A DNA stretch of 64,000 nucleotides, taken from positions 64,001 to 128,000 of the forward strand of contig JAOUEV010000003.1 in NCBI GenBank assembly GCA_029858565.1, read 5' to 3'. Made by a program: the position numbers and the translations under genes. The notes beneath the pieces were generated by a model. It saw nothing but the letters and a program-made list of their open reading frames with translations. It was not told the DNA's origin and did no database searches. The DNA is from Nitrospirota bacterium. GTDB taxonomy: Bacteria > Nitrospirota > UBA9217. Within the stretch, counting starts at the first letter, position 1; each line of letters begins with the position of its first letter. Shown piece after piece: positions 22,474-31,840 of this stretch.

Positions 22474-22701
22474 ATGGACGAGTCTATCAAGATCTCGCTT
22501 ACGCCCCAGCAGAGCGCGGAGATCAAGAAACAGATCGGATTCGAACTTACCGAGATATACCTCACCAAACGTTCACTGAACAAGCTTCGTGTCTTCCGGC
22601 TGCGCCTGAGCGAGGAACAGCAGGAGCAGATCACCGAGGCTTGGGGTCAAAAGGTGAAAGAATTGACCGTGACCCGCTCAGTCGCCACCCGGATAATGTA
22701 A
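22474..22701 (+). CDS. Hypothetical 75-aa protein with two internal repeats
   Basis: GGAGGGAG RBS; ISLTPQQSAEIKKQIG versus LRLSEEQQEQITEAWG. Confidence 0.65.
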   Translation: MDESIKISLTPQQSAEIKKQIGFELTEIYLTKRSLNKLRVFRLRLSEEQQEQITEAWGQKVKELTVTRSVATRIM

Positions 22702-22780
22702 TTGAGAGAATGATCGCGCCGCGCAAGGGGCGCGCAGGTTTATTGTTGGTCCAGACCGAATGCGAAGGGAGGTGATTCCT

Positions 22781-22981
22781 GTGAAAAAGGCATTTTCGCT
22801 CCTGCTTTCATTGGTTATTGTTGCTACATTTGTCATGATCGGCTGTGAGAAGAAGCCCGAACCCCCGAAGCCGGCCCCGGCTCCGGCGGTAACGCCTCCT
22901 CCACCGCCCCCGGCTCCGGCACCTGCTCCGGCTCCCGCGCCGAAGCCTGCCCCGGCCCCCGCAAAACCGGCAAAGAAGTAG
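22781..22981 (+). CDS. Small Pro/Ala-rich lipoprotein
   Basis: GGAGGTGA RBS, GTG start, lipobox MIGC, PAPAPA tail. Confidence 0.8.
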   Translation: MKKAFSLLLSLVIVATFVMIGCEKKPEPPKPAPAPAVTPPPPPPAPAPAPAPAPKPAPAPAKPAKK

Positions 22982-23015
22982 CGGTCCGCGGGATGTACAG
23001 TATGGCGATCAGCTC

Positions 23016-23043
23016 AAGGCCCCCATATGGGGGCCTTTTCTTT
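23016..23043 (+). terminator. Rho-independent terminator
   Basis: aaggccccc-atat-gggggcctt followed by a T-rich tract. Confidence 0.8.
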
Positions 23044-23163
23044 CGATGGTGTCGGTGGGAGTCCGACTTGGAAGCAGTGGAAACCGGGATGCCGGAGGGT
23101 GTGATGCTCCGGGACCACGGTGTCCCTTGCTGGCAGTCTCTACGCGAACGTGCGGGAATCCCT

Positions 23164-24960
23164 ATGAACAAACTGACAACGGACATTCTGTGCGATATCC
23201 TGCTCAAAGCCAAGGAGATCACGGCCGAACAGGCGCGGGAGATCAAGCTCAAACAGGACCATCAGCGCATGAAGATCCTGCGCTCCCGGGGCGAATCGGT
23301 CCACCGCGGCAGGGTGCATCTCGAGGAGGAGGTGTCGGCCATCGAGGTCGCGGCATCCTTTGAATTTCCGTCAGCGGCTGCAGCAGGAAGGGTGCTGAAC
23401 GAGGACACGGTGACCGAGATCGTGGCTCGCCACGCGGGCCTGCCCTTTCGCAAGATCGACCCCCTGAAGCTCAATCCGGAGATAATCACCCAGATCCTGT
23501 CCCGGGCGTTCGCCCGAAAGAACACCGCCGTTCCCATCGAGCGGACCGACGACCAGCTCGTTGTTGCCGTCGCCGATCCCTACAACCTCGAAGTGGTCGA
23601 GAACATCGGGCGCATGGGCTACAAGGTGGCGCGTGTCATGTCGCCCAAATCGGACCTGGTCAAGATCATCACCGAGTTCTACGGATTCCGTTCGTCGGTG
23701 AGCGCCGCCGCCAAGGAGATCTCCGGCGAGGTGGACCTGGGAAACCTCGAGCAGTTCGTCAAGATGAAGGCCGTGTCCGAGATCGAGGCCACGGACAAGC
23801 ATATCGTGAACGCCGTGGAGTTCCTGTTCCGGTACGCTTTTGACCAGCGGGCAAGCGACATCCACATCGAGCCAAAACGGGAGACCTCGGAAGTGCGCCT
23901 CCGGATCGACGGAATGCTCCATTCGATCCACAAAGTGCCCCGCCAGATCCACCCGGCGCTCGTTTCCCGCGTCAAAATGCTGTCGCGCATGGATATCGCC
24001 GAGAAGCGCAGGCCCCAGGACGGACGCATCAAGACCGAGTACAAGGGCAGGGAGGTCGAGCTTCGCGTGTCGACCATGCCGGTCGCGTTCGGCGAGAAGG
24101 TCGTGGTCAGGATCTTCGATCCCGATGTGCTGCTCCAGGACCTGGAAGAGCTGGGATTCGCGCCCCGGGAATATGAGCTTTTCCGTTCGTTCATTGCCCG
24201 GCCCCACGGCATCGTGCTGGTGACCGGGCCGACGGGAAGCGGCAAGACCACGACGCTCTACTCGGCGCTCAAGACCATTGCCGTGCCGGAAGTGAACGTG
24301 GTCACCATCGAGGACCCGATCGAAATGGTCCATGACCGGTTCAACCAGGTGGCGGTCCAGCCCCAGATCGGGGTGACCTTCGGCAGCACGCTCAGGACGA
24401 TCCTCCGCCAGGACCCGGACATCATCATGGTGGGCGAGATCCGGGACCTGGAAACCGCAGAGAACGCGGTGCAGGCAGCCCTGACCGGCCACCTGGTGTT
24501 CTCCACGCTGCATACGAACGACGCGGCGAGCGCTGTGACACGGCTCCTGGACCTCGGTCTCCCCGCCTATCTGATAGCATCGACCGTGATCGGGATCATG
24601 GCCCAGCGGCTGGTCCGCAAGGTGTGCAAACATTGCGAGCGGACCTATGAGCTGCTGCCCGAGGAGGCTGAAGCGGTCGGGCTCACGTCGGACTCGCGCA
24701 AGCCGGTGACGGTGAAATACGGCGAAGGATGCGCGCAGTGCCGGGGAACGGGCTACCTGGGCAGAAGCGGCATCTACGAAGTCATGGAAGTGAACGAGAA
24801 AGTACGCCCGCTCATCACCGAGAAGGTGGATGCAGACCGCATTAAAAAGACCGCTGTCGGCGACGGCATGGTTACCCTGCGCGCGGCGGCGGTGCACAAG
24901 ATGATTGAGGGTGAGACCACCTTTGACGAGGTCATCCGGGTAACAGGGGAGAAGATTTGA
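23164..24960 (+). CDS. GspE/PilB family secretion ATPase
   Basis: ASDIHIEP, PQDGRI, GPTGSGKTTTLY, LRQDPDIIMVGEIRD, CxxC pairs. Confidence 0.92.
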   Translation: MNKLTTDILCDILLKAKEITAEQAREIKLKQDHQRMKILRSRGESVHRGRVHLEEEVSAIEVAASFEFPSAAAAGRVLNEDTVTEIVARHAGLPFRKIDPLKLNPEIITQILSRAFARKNTAVPIERTDDQLVVAVADPYNLEVVENIGRMGYKVARVMSPKSDLVKIITEFYGFRSSVSAAAKEISGEVDLGNLEQFVKMKAVSEIEATDKHIVNAVEFLFRYAFDQRASDIHIEPKRETSEVRLRIDGMLHSIHKVPRQIHPALVSRVKMLSRMDIAEKRRPQDGRIKTEYKGREVELRVSTMPVAFGEKVVVRIFDPDVLLQDLEELGFAPREYELFRSFIARPHGIVLVTGPTGSGKTTTLYSALKTIAVPEVNVVTIEDPIEMVHDRFNQVAVQPQIGVTFGSTLRTILRQDPDIIMVGEIRDLETAENAVQAALTGHLVFSTLHTNDAASAVTRLLDLGLPAYLIASTVIGIMAQRLVRKVCKHCERTYELLPEEAEAVGLTSDSRKPVTVKYGEGCAQCRGTGYLGRSGIYEVMEVNEKVRPLITEKVDADRIKKTAVGDGMVTLRAAAVHKMIEGETTFDEVIRVTGEKI

Positions 24961-25042
24961 GAAGCGTGAGGCGTAAGTGGTAAGGGGTAAGGGGTAAACA
25001 GGATCGACCCCCCGCAGCTCGGCAGGATCGACCGTATAATTT

Positions 25043-26326
25043 ATGATTGAATCTTTGATCTCAGCCCTTTCCGGCCAATGGCCGATGCTCGCCGGGGCGT
25101 TCGCGAGCGTTCTGCTCGCGGCGTTCTTCGCTGCGTCGGAAACGGCCATGCTTTTCGCGAACAAGGCGCGCCTGCACCAGCTGGCCGAACAGGGAAATAC
25201 GCGGGCGGACGCCGCACTGAAGCTTTCCCACGAACGGAACAATCTGCACAGCACTCTCCTGCTGATCGAGAATTTCTTCCTCGTCCTCTCCGTTGTGCTG
25301 GCAACCGCGGTGCTGCTCCGCATCTTTGCCGGGAAACTGTCAGCGGTCGCCCTGACAGCGGTCACCATGAGCCTCATTATCGTCCTGTTCGCGAAACTGG
25401 CGCCCAAGGGACTTGCGTCGCGCGACCCCGACCGGCTCGCGCTGGCTGTTGCCTATCCCATGCTCCTGCTGGTGAAGCTGGTCGCGCCGGTCTCGGGAGT
25501 TGTCGCGGCGACCGCGGAATTCTTTGCCGGGCCCGCTTCCGCGAGGCCGCTGTCCTGCACCGCCGTAGTGACGGAAGAGGACATCAAGGCAATGATCAAT
25601 CTCGGCGAGGAAGAGGGCGCCCTCAAAGAGGAGGAGAAGGAACTGCTGCACAAGGTCTTCGAGTTCGGTGATACGCTGGCGGTGGAAGCCATGCGGCCGA
25701 GGACCGAGATCGTCAGCGTGCCCACGGCGGCGACGGTCCATCAGGTACTGTCGCTGGTGTCCCAGTACGGCTACTCCCGGTACCCGGTGATCGATAAGTC
25801 CGTCGACTCCGTGGTCGGCATCCTCTATATCAAGGACATCCTGGTCGCCATGGCCGAGGACGATGTCAAGCGCGAGGACCCGATCCAGCCGTTCATACGC
25901 CAGGCTTACTTCATTCCCGGGAACAAGCGGGTGAGCGAACTGCTGACCGAAATGCAGCGGGACAAGTTCCAGATCGCGATCGTCATCGACGAGTTCGGGG
26001 GGACCGCGGGACTGGTGACCCTGGAGGACCTGATCGAGGAGATCGTGGGGAGCATCCATGACGAGCTGGATGCCGTGGACAGGGACGTGCAGATCGTTGA
26101 CGAGAAGAACCTGGTGGTGGCGGGCCAGTCAGCGATCGACGAGGTGAACGAGCTTCTGGGCTCGCAACTGCAGTCCAAGGATTTCAACACCATCGGAGGC
26201 CTGTTGTTCGGGCTCTTCGGCAGAATGCCGCGGGTAGGCGAGCAGCTCCGGTACAAGGACCTTAAATTCGAGGTCCTGGAGCTGGACGGAAGGAAGATCG
26301 ATAAGATCAAGATAACGAAACTGTAA
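25043..26326 (+). CDS. CNNM/hemolysin-family protein (DUF21-CBS-CorC)
   Basis: FFAASETA, YSRYPV, VIDEFGGTAGLVTLEDLIEEIVG. Confidence 0.9.
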   Translation: MIESLISALSGQWPMLAGAFASVLLAAFFAASETAMLFANKARLHQLAEQGNTRADAALKLSHERNNLHSTLLLIENFFLVLSVVLATAVLLRIFAGKLSAVALTAVTMSLIIVLFAKLAPKGLASRDPDRLALAVAYPMLLLVKLVAPVSGVVAATAEFFAGPASARPLSCTAVVTEEDIKAMINLGEEEGALKEEEKELLHKVFEFGDTLAVEAMRPRTEIVSVPTAATVHQVLSLVSQYGYSRYPVIDKSVDSVVGILYIKDILVAMAEDDVKREDPIQPFIRQAYFIPGNKRVSELLTEMQRDKFQIAIVIDEFGGTAGLVTLEDLIEEIVGSIHDELDAVDRDVQIVDEKNLVVAGQSAIDEVNELLGSQLQSKDFNTIGGLLFGLFGRMPRVGEQLRYKDLKFEVLELDGRKIDKIKITKL

Positions 26327-26422
26327 TCGAGAGTGACGAGTGACAAGAGACGAGATACGAGAAGAAGGCAAGGCTTCTCGCTTGTCACTTGTCTCTTGTC
26401 GCTGAATTTACGGAGGTAGACT

Positions 26423-27346
26423 GTGCGGAAGAAAGTGACTATTGCAGGAGCAGGGAATGTGGGCGCCACGCTGGCGCAGCGGATCACCGAACGGGACCTG
26501 GTGGATGTGGTGATGATCGACGTGACCGAGGGCGTGCCGCAGGGCAAGGCGCTTGATCTGCTGGAAGCGGGCCCGGTGCTGGGGTACGACACCTGCGTCA
26601 CCGGGACCAATAACTATGACGACACGGCGAATTCCGACATGATCGTGATCACCGCAGGCCTGGCGCGGAAGCCCGGCATGAGCCGTGACGACCTGCTTGC
26701 CGCGAACGCGGGCATCGTGAAGGAGGTGGCCGCAGAGACCGCGAAGCGGTCGCCGAACGCGGTCATGATCGTGGTGACCAATCCCATGGATGTGATGGCC
26801 TTTGTGGCCATGCAGGCCAGCGGATTCCCCAAGGAGCGGGTGATCGGTATGGGCGGGGTGCTCGATTCCGCCCGCTTCCGGACCTTCATTGCCACGGAGC
26901 TTGCCGTATCCGTCGAGAACGTGCATGCTTTTGTAATGGGCGGCCACGGGGATACCATGGTGCCGCTGCCGCGCTATTCCTCGGTGGCGGGGATCCCGCT
27001 TCCGGAACTGCTTCCGGCGGACCGGATCAACGCGCTTGTCGAGCGGACCCGGAACGGCGGCGCCGAGATCGTGGCACTGCTCAAAACCGGCAGCGCCTAC
27101 TACGCGCCCTCTGTCGCGACCCTGGAAATGATGGAGTCGATCCTCCAGGACAAGAAAAAGATCCTTCCCTGCTCCGTGCGGCTCGACGGCGAATACGGCG
27201 TGAACGGCGTTTTTGCCGGCGTGCCGGTGAAGCTGGGCGCGAAGGGCATCGAACAGATCATCGAGGTCAAGCTGAACGCTGATGAGAAAGCTGCGTTCAT
27301 GAAGTCCGTGGAGGCGGTGCGGTCAGGATGCGCGAAATTCACGTAG
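26423..27346 (+). CDS. mdh: Malate dehydrogenase (LDH-like)
   Basis: [28 protein letters not shown]. Confidence 0.95.
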   Translation: MRKKVTIAGAGNVGATLAQRITERDLVDVVMIDVTEGVPQGKALDLLEAGPVLGYDTCVTGTNNYDDTANSDMIVITAGLARKPGMSRDDLLAANAGIVKEVAAETAKRSPNAVMIVVTNPMDVMAFVAMQASGFPKERVIGMGGVLDSARFRTFIATELAVSVENVHAFVMGGHGDTMVPLPRYSSVAGIPLPELLPADRINALVERTRNGGAEIVALLKTGSAYYAPSVATLEMMESILQDKKKILPCSVRLDGEYGVNGVFAGVPVKLGAKGIEQIIEVKLNADEKAAFMKSVEAVRSGCAKFT

Positions 27347-28167
27347 AAGAGATCCGCGACAATGTCGCGCGCATGTGCGTCGAGGCGTCCTGCGACCTCT
27401 CCGAGGATGTGGAGACCGCTTTTGACCGGGCGCTCGAAGCGGAGACCGCGCCGACAGGCAGGGAGATCATCGGCCTCCTGAAGGAGAACGCGCGGATCGC
27501 CCGGGAGGACCGCATCCCGATCTGCCAGGACACGGGTATTGCCGTGTTCTTTGTCGAGATCGGACAGGACCTGAGGATCAAGAACGGTTTCATCACCGAC
27601 GCGATCAACGAAGGGGTCCGGAAGGGCTATAGGGAAGGATATCTCCGCAAGTCCGTTGTCGAACCCCTGACGCGCAAGAACACCGGGGACAATACGCCGG
27701 CGGTCGTCTACACGGAACTGGTGCCCGGGGACAGGCTCAGGATATCCTTCATGCCCAAGGGCGCGGGAAGCGAGAATATGAGCGCCATCCGCATGCTGCG
27801 GCCGACCGACGGCGTGGAGGGCATAAAGGAATTCGTGGTCGAATGCGTCAGGAACGCAGGGGCCAATCCCTGTCCTCCTATTGTTGTCGGCGTCGGCATC
27901 GGCGGGACCTTTGAGAAAGCGGCGCTTCTGGCGAAAAAATCGCTTCTCCGATCCATCGGGAGCCCGAATTTGAAACTTGAGCTGGCTTCCCTGGAAGAGG
28001 AACTGCTGAAGGCGGTGAACCGGACCGGCATCGGACCCGAGGGCCTTGGCGGCAGGGTAACAGCAATGGCGGTTCACGTGGAGACCTTCCCCTGTCATAT
28101 CGCGAGCCTGCCGGTGGCGGTGAACATCAACTGCCACGCGGCGAGACATAAAACAATAATTCTTTAA
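27328..28167 (+). CDS. Class I fumarate hydratase alpha subunit
   Basis: [37 protein letters not shown]. Confidence 0.92.
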   Translation: MREIHVEEIRDNVARMCVEASCDLSEDVETAFDRALEAETAPTGREIIGLLKENARIAREDRIPICQDTGIAVFFVEIGQDLRIKNGFITDAINEGVRKGYREGYLRKSVVEPLTRKNTGDNTPAVVYTELVPGDRLRISFMPKGAGSENMSAIRMLRPTDGVEGIKEFVVECVRNAGANPCPPIVVGVGIGGTFEKAALLAKKSLLRSIGSPNLKLELASLEEELLKAVNRTGIGPEGLGGRVTAMAVHVETFPCHIASLPVAVNINCHAARHKTIIL

Positions 28168-28273
28168 GAGCCGTGAGGCGTGAGGCGTGAGGGGTAAGGC
28201 GTAAGACGTGAGACGTGAAATGTGAAGAACCAGTGACCCTGTGTTCATTTGCTGTTAAGGAACGTGATCTGAT

Positions 28274-28834
28274 ATGTCTTCTCCAATAAAAATAGCATCC
28301 CCCTTGACCGACGAGGCCGTGTCCAAGCTCCGGGCCGGTGACCGCGTGCTGATCACCGGGACCATCTATACGGGCAGGGACATGGCTCACAAGTACATGG
28401 TCGAGGGACATCAGAAAGGCGAGAAAGTGCCTTTTGATCTCAAGGGACAAGTCCTTTACTACACCGGTCCGACGCCGGCGCCTCCGGGCAAGCCGATCGG
28501 TGCGGCCGGCCCTACCACGAGCTACCGCATGGACAAATACGCGCCCTACCTTCTCGATCTGGGGCTCAAGTGCATGATCGGCAAAGGTCCTCGCGGCGCA
28601 GCGGTGCGGGAGTCGATCAAAAAGAACAAGGCCCTGTATCTTGCCGCCATCGGCGGGGCAGGCGCGCTCATATCAAAGTCCATCAAAAAGGCCGAAGTGA
28701 TCGCTTATCCCGAGCTTGGGACCGAGGCGGTGATGCGGCTCGAGGTCGAAGACTTCCCCGCTATTGTCGTGAACGATATTGTCGGCGGGGACCTGTATGA
28801 GCTGGGCGTGGCGGAGTACCGGGAAGAGAAATAA
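28274..28834 (+). CDS. Class I fumarate hydratase beta subunit
   Basis: TGRDMAH, GPTTSYRMD, IGKG, ELGTEA. Confidence 0.92.
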   Translation: MSSPIKIASPLTDEAVSKLRAGDRVLITGTIYTGRDMAHKYMVEGHQKGEKVPFDLKGQVLYYTGPTPAPPGKPIGAAGPTTSYRMDKYAPYLLDLGLKCMIGKGPRGAAVRESIKKNKALYLAAIGGAGALISKSIKKAEVIAYPELGTEAVMRLEVEDFPAIVVNDIVGGDLYELGVAEYREEK

Positions 28835-28944
28835 CTGCTATTTGTCGACGCTGAGGACACTGAGAAAGCTTATGAAAATTCGCTTTTTTCATAACTTCGT
28901 CTGTGTCCTCAGTGTCAAAGAATATTTACTGTCAAGGAGAAGTC

Positions 28945-29478
28945 ATGTCGATCAAATCAAAGATCAGAACCGTACCGAACTACCCGAAAAAAGGCATCAT
29001 GTTCCGCGATATCACCACGCTCATCAAGGACCCCGTCGGATTCCGTCTGGTGATCGATACGATCACGCAGCGCTATATCCATGACGATTATAACTTCAAC
29101 GTCATCGTTGGCATCGAGTCCCGGGGCTTCATCATCGGCGGAGCCCTGTCCTACACGCTCGGAAAGGGTTTTGTGCCGATCCGGAAGAAGGGCAAGCTTC
29201 CGGCTGAGGTCGTTTCCCAGGAATACGAACTTGAGTACGGCACGGACAAGATCGAGGTGCACAAGGACGCGCTCAAGCAGGGGGACCGCGTGCTGTTGAT
29301 CGACGATCTGCTCGCTACCGGCGGCACTGCCATGGCGGCAGCCGCGCTTATCGAGAAGCTGGGCGCCAAGGTCGTGGAGATGGCATTTATCGTGGATCTG
29401 CCTGATGTGGGAGGGCGGAAGAAGCTTGAAGCAAAGGGATACAAGGTCTACGCTCTTACGGAGTTCGAAGGTGATTGA
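28945..29478 (+). CDS. apt: Adenine phosphoribosyltransferase
   Basis: FRDITTL, GIESRGF, RKKGKLP, IDDLLATGGT; start after AGGAG. Confidence 0.96.
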   Translation: MSIKSKIRTVPNYPKKGIMFRDITTLIKDPVGFRLVIDTITQRYIHDDYNFNVIVGIESRGFIIGGALSYTLGKGFVPIRKKGKLPAEVVSQEYELEYGTDKIEVHKDALKQGDRVLLIDDLLATGGTAMAAAALIEKLGAKVVEMAFIVDLPDVGGRKKLEAKGYKVYALTEFEGD

Positions 29479-29509
29479 TACGGTTTGATCGGATTAATTA
29501 TCCTGATGG

Positions 29510-29546
29510 AAAAGGCGAAGCATGAAACGCATGCTTCGCCTTTTTT
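29510..29546 (+). terminator. Rho-independent terminator
   Basis: aaaaggcgaagcatg-aaacg-catgcttcgcctttttt. Confidence 0.85.
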
Positions 29547-29600
29547 GTTTGAAAATTCAATTGGTTGGATAGGCCGGGTGTAATGGGAGGCAAAGAATTG

Positions 29601-29659
29601 TTGACAATTGTCAATTATTCTAACATCTACTTGACAGATAATCTAACTCATGGTATGGT
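29601..29659 (+). promoter_or_regulatory. Palindromic operator plus sigma70 promoter of the TA locus
   Basis: Perfect palindrome TTGACAATTGTCAA (29601-29614); TTGACA(29631)-17-TATGGT with extended TG. Confidence 0.6.
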
Positions 29660-29682
29660 GGCTCCATGGTAGGAGGGCTGCT

Positions 29683-30471
29683 ATGAGTGTTTCCAATAAA
29701 ATAGGCCGGCGGATCAAAGAGTTGAGGGAAAAGGCCGATATGAGCCAGGATGCGTTGGCGATCGCGATGAAACTGCCGCGACCCGCGATTGTTCTCATCG
29801 AGAAAGGATCGAGAAAGGTGTCCGCCGATGAACTTGTCGGTTTTTCCAAGTTGTTCCATGTGGCAGTGGATGAGCTGTTGAATCCCGGGAAAGAACCGGA
29901 TGTTCGGCTGCCCGAGGAGAGGGCAGAAATAGCTGCTAAACCGGGTCTGCGGATCAGTGTGCCGCAGAAAAACCTCGTGAAGTTCAAGGAAGTGCTGCTA
30001 TACATCCTGAACAAGGTCGGCGCCAAGGAGAATATCGGCGAGACGGTCATCTATAAGCTGCTTTATTTTATCGATTTCGACTATTACGAGAAATACGAAG
30101 AACAGCTGATCGGCGCCACGTATATCAAGAACAAGTTCGGACCAACGCCGGTCGAGTTCGTCAAGATCGTCGAGAAGATGATCAAGAACGGGGAGATCGA
30201 AAAGGTCAAAAGCGAGTACTTCAAGCTGCAGCAGACCAAGTATCTGCCCCGTAGAAAAGCGGACCGCGCGAAACTCACGGCTGGAGAGGTCGAAGTGATC
30301 GATGACGTGCTGAACCGGCTCTCGGACATGAATGCCAACCAGATCAGCGCATATTCGCACAGCGACGTGCCCTGGATGTCAACAAAGGATGGCGAGACCA
30401 TTGATTATGAATCGGTCTTCTATCGCACACCGCCCTATTCCGTGCGGGCTTACGCGGAAGAGAACGGATGA
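29683..30471 (+). CDS. XRE-HTH plus DUF4065 (Panacea/SocA-like) antitoxin
   Basis: N-terminal HTH (IKELRE...SQDALA...IEKGSR); KLLYFIDFDYY, FGPTP, SAYSHSDVPW motifs. Confidence 0.85.
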   Translation: MSVSNKIGRRIKELREKADMSQDALAIAMKLPRPAIVLIEKGSRKVSADELVGFSKLFHVAVDELLNPGKEPDVRLPEERAEIAAKPGLRISVPQKNLVKFKEVLLYILNKVGAKENIGETVIYKLLYFIDFDYYEKYEEQLIGATYIKNKFGPTPVEFVKIVEKMIKNGEIEKVKSEYFKLQQTKYLPRRKADRAKLTAGEVEVIDDVLNRLSDMNANQISAYSHSDVPWMSTKDGETIDYESVFYRTPPYSVRAYAEENG

Positions 30472-30833
30472 GCGGTCCGTTCTACAGAGAATTCTCCGGC
30501 ACACTGTTTAAAAAGATCACCCATGTGCCGGAGTTCGAAAAGGACCTGAAGAAGTTGCTGAAACGCTTCTCTTCTCTGGAAGAGGACCTGCAGACCTTCA
30601 TCAAGGTTGCAATGAGCCTGTTCCATAAGCAGAAGATCGACAGCAACGCCATCTTTCACGTATCCGATCTCGGGATTAAATCTCCGAAAATATATAAAGC
30701 TAAGAAGTTCGCCTGTAAGGCGCTGAAAGGCAAGGGCGCACAATCGGGGATCAGGGTCATTTATGCGTATCATGAGGAAGAGGATTGGGTGGAGTTTGTG
30801 GAAATCTACTGTAAAGAGGATAGGGAAAGATGA
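30468..30833 (+). CDS. Putative RelE-like toxin
   Basis: FEKDLKKLLKRF, KGKGAQSGIRVIYAY; ATGA overlap with the antitoxin. Confidence 0.7.
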   Translation: MSGPFYREFSGTLFKKITHVPEFEKDLKKLLKRFSSLEEDLQTFIKVAMSLFHKQKIDSNAIFHVSDLGIKSPKIYKAKKFACKALKGKGAQSGIRVIYAYHEEEDWVEFVEIYCKEDRER

Positions 30834-30909
30834 TGAGAATAACTTCCTCAGAATAATTTCATCAGAATAATTTCATCCGATTGAATGTTTTGCATATAAA
30901 TGATATACT
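30834..30909 (+). promoter_or_regulatory. Three 14-bp tandem repeats abutting the kinase promoter
   Basis: tgagaataacttcc / tcagaataatttca / tcagaataatttca (30834-30875); TTGAAT(30881)-17-TATACT with extended TG. Confidence 0.6.
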
Positions 30910-30931
30910 CTTTCATTCGTTAGGAGTCGTT

Positions 30932-31840
30932 ATGAATTTCCCTCCACCTACAGCTGAAGATATCAAGGTGCTGTTTCCTCAGTTCCAGGAAGTCCGCTTC
31001 CTTAAAACTGGCGGTTTTAAAGCAGTTTACAAGGCTGTTGTAAAGGACAGACCAGAAGCCTTCAAGCTTGTTTACGTTCCGGAAGTGAATGGAGTCGATC
31101 CGGAAGTTGCTAAGGAAATCCGAAAAGAATCGCTCGGAAGAATTACGCGAGAAATAAAAATACTTAATAACTGCAAGTCCCCAGAAATAGTGAAACTCGG
31201 TTCTATGCAACCATCTCCCGTCTCAATTGGGGGGCGTGAATATATCGCGTACTCTGAGGAGTATCTTGATGGGAATGCGCTGAGGGAGTTAATTAATCAA
31301 TCAACAAAACCGACAGAAGATGATATTCGAGCCCTATTTCTGAGTCTGCTTAAAGCTATTCGTGAACTTTGGTCTTTCAATGTTATCCATCGAGACATAA
31401 AACCTGATAACGTTATGAAGCTAAATCAAAAAGATAGACGATTTGTGGTTCTTGATCTGGGGATTGCATTTTCCCCTGCCGATACTCCACTTACCTTCGA
31501 TGCATCGCATCGTTTGCCACCGGGAACGTTTCGCTATATTGCACCCGAAATGCTCCAGCCGGGATTCCGCGATTCAATAGATTTCAGAAGCGACATTTAT
31601 ACCGCAGCAATGACTGTTTATGAATATGCTGCTTGGCAACACCCGCTTGCTAAGGATAAAGATGATCTTATCGCAACACTATCGCGAATCGTTCGCGAGT
31701 CTCCTAAGTCACTAAAAGAACATAGGCCAGATCTTTCTCAGTTGGTTATAGGAACGGTAGATCAAATGCTAAAAAAGATACCAGCATTAAGGCCTTCAAA
31801 CATAAATATGCTAATCGATAAATTAGAGAGAAACATATGA
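30932..31840 (+). CDS. Hanks-type Ser/Thr protein kinase, soluble
   Basis: GGFKAVY, AFK lysine, REIKIL, IHRDIKPDN, DLG, GTFRYIAPE; AGGAG RBS; AT-rich. Confidence 0.9.
   Translation: MNFPPPTAEDIKVLFPQFQEVRFLKTGGFKAVYKAVVKDRPEAFKLVYVPEVNGVDPEVAKEIRKESLGRITREIKILNNCKSPEIVKLGSMQPSPVSIGGREYIAYSEEYLDGNALRELINQSTKPTEDDIRALFLSLLKAIRELWSFNVIHRDIKPDNVMKLNQKDRRFVVLDLGIAFSPADTPLTFDASHRLPPGTFRYIAPEMLQPGFRDSIDFRSDIYTAAMTVYEYAAWQHPLAKDKDDLIATLSRIVRESPKSLKEHRPDLSQLVIGTVDQMLKKIPALRPSNINMLIDKLERNI

Noticed and set aside
22416-22775. 119-aa ORF overlapping the 75-aa gene
   Set aside because: The alternative frame has a strong RBS and internal repeat structure; this one has neither.
25035-25045. TATAAT just before the CNNM gene as a leaderless promoter
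   Set aside because: Only 2 nt from the ATG, too close for a start site at the codon, and no -35 seen.
23371-25407. 678-aa minus-strand ORF
   Set aside because: Shadow of the GspE/PilB and CNNM genes.
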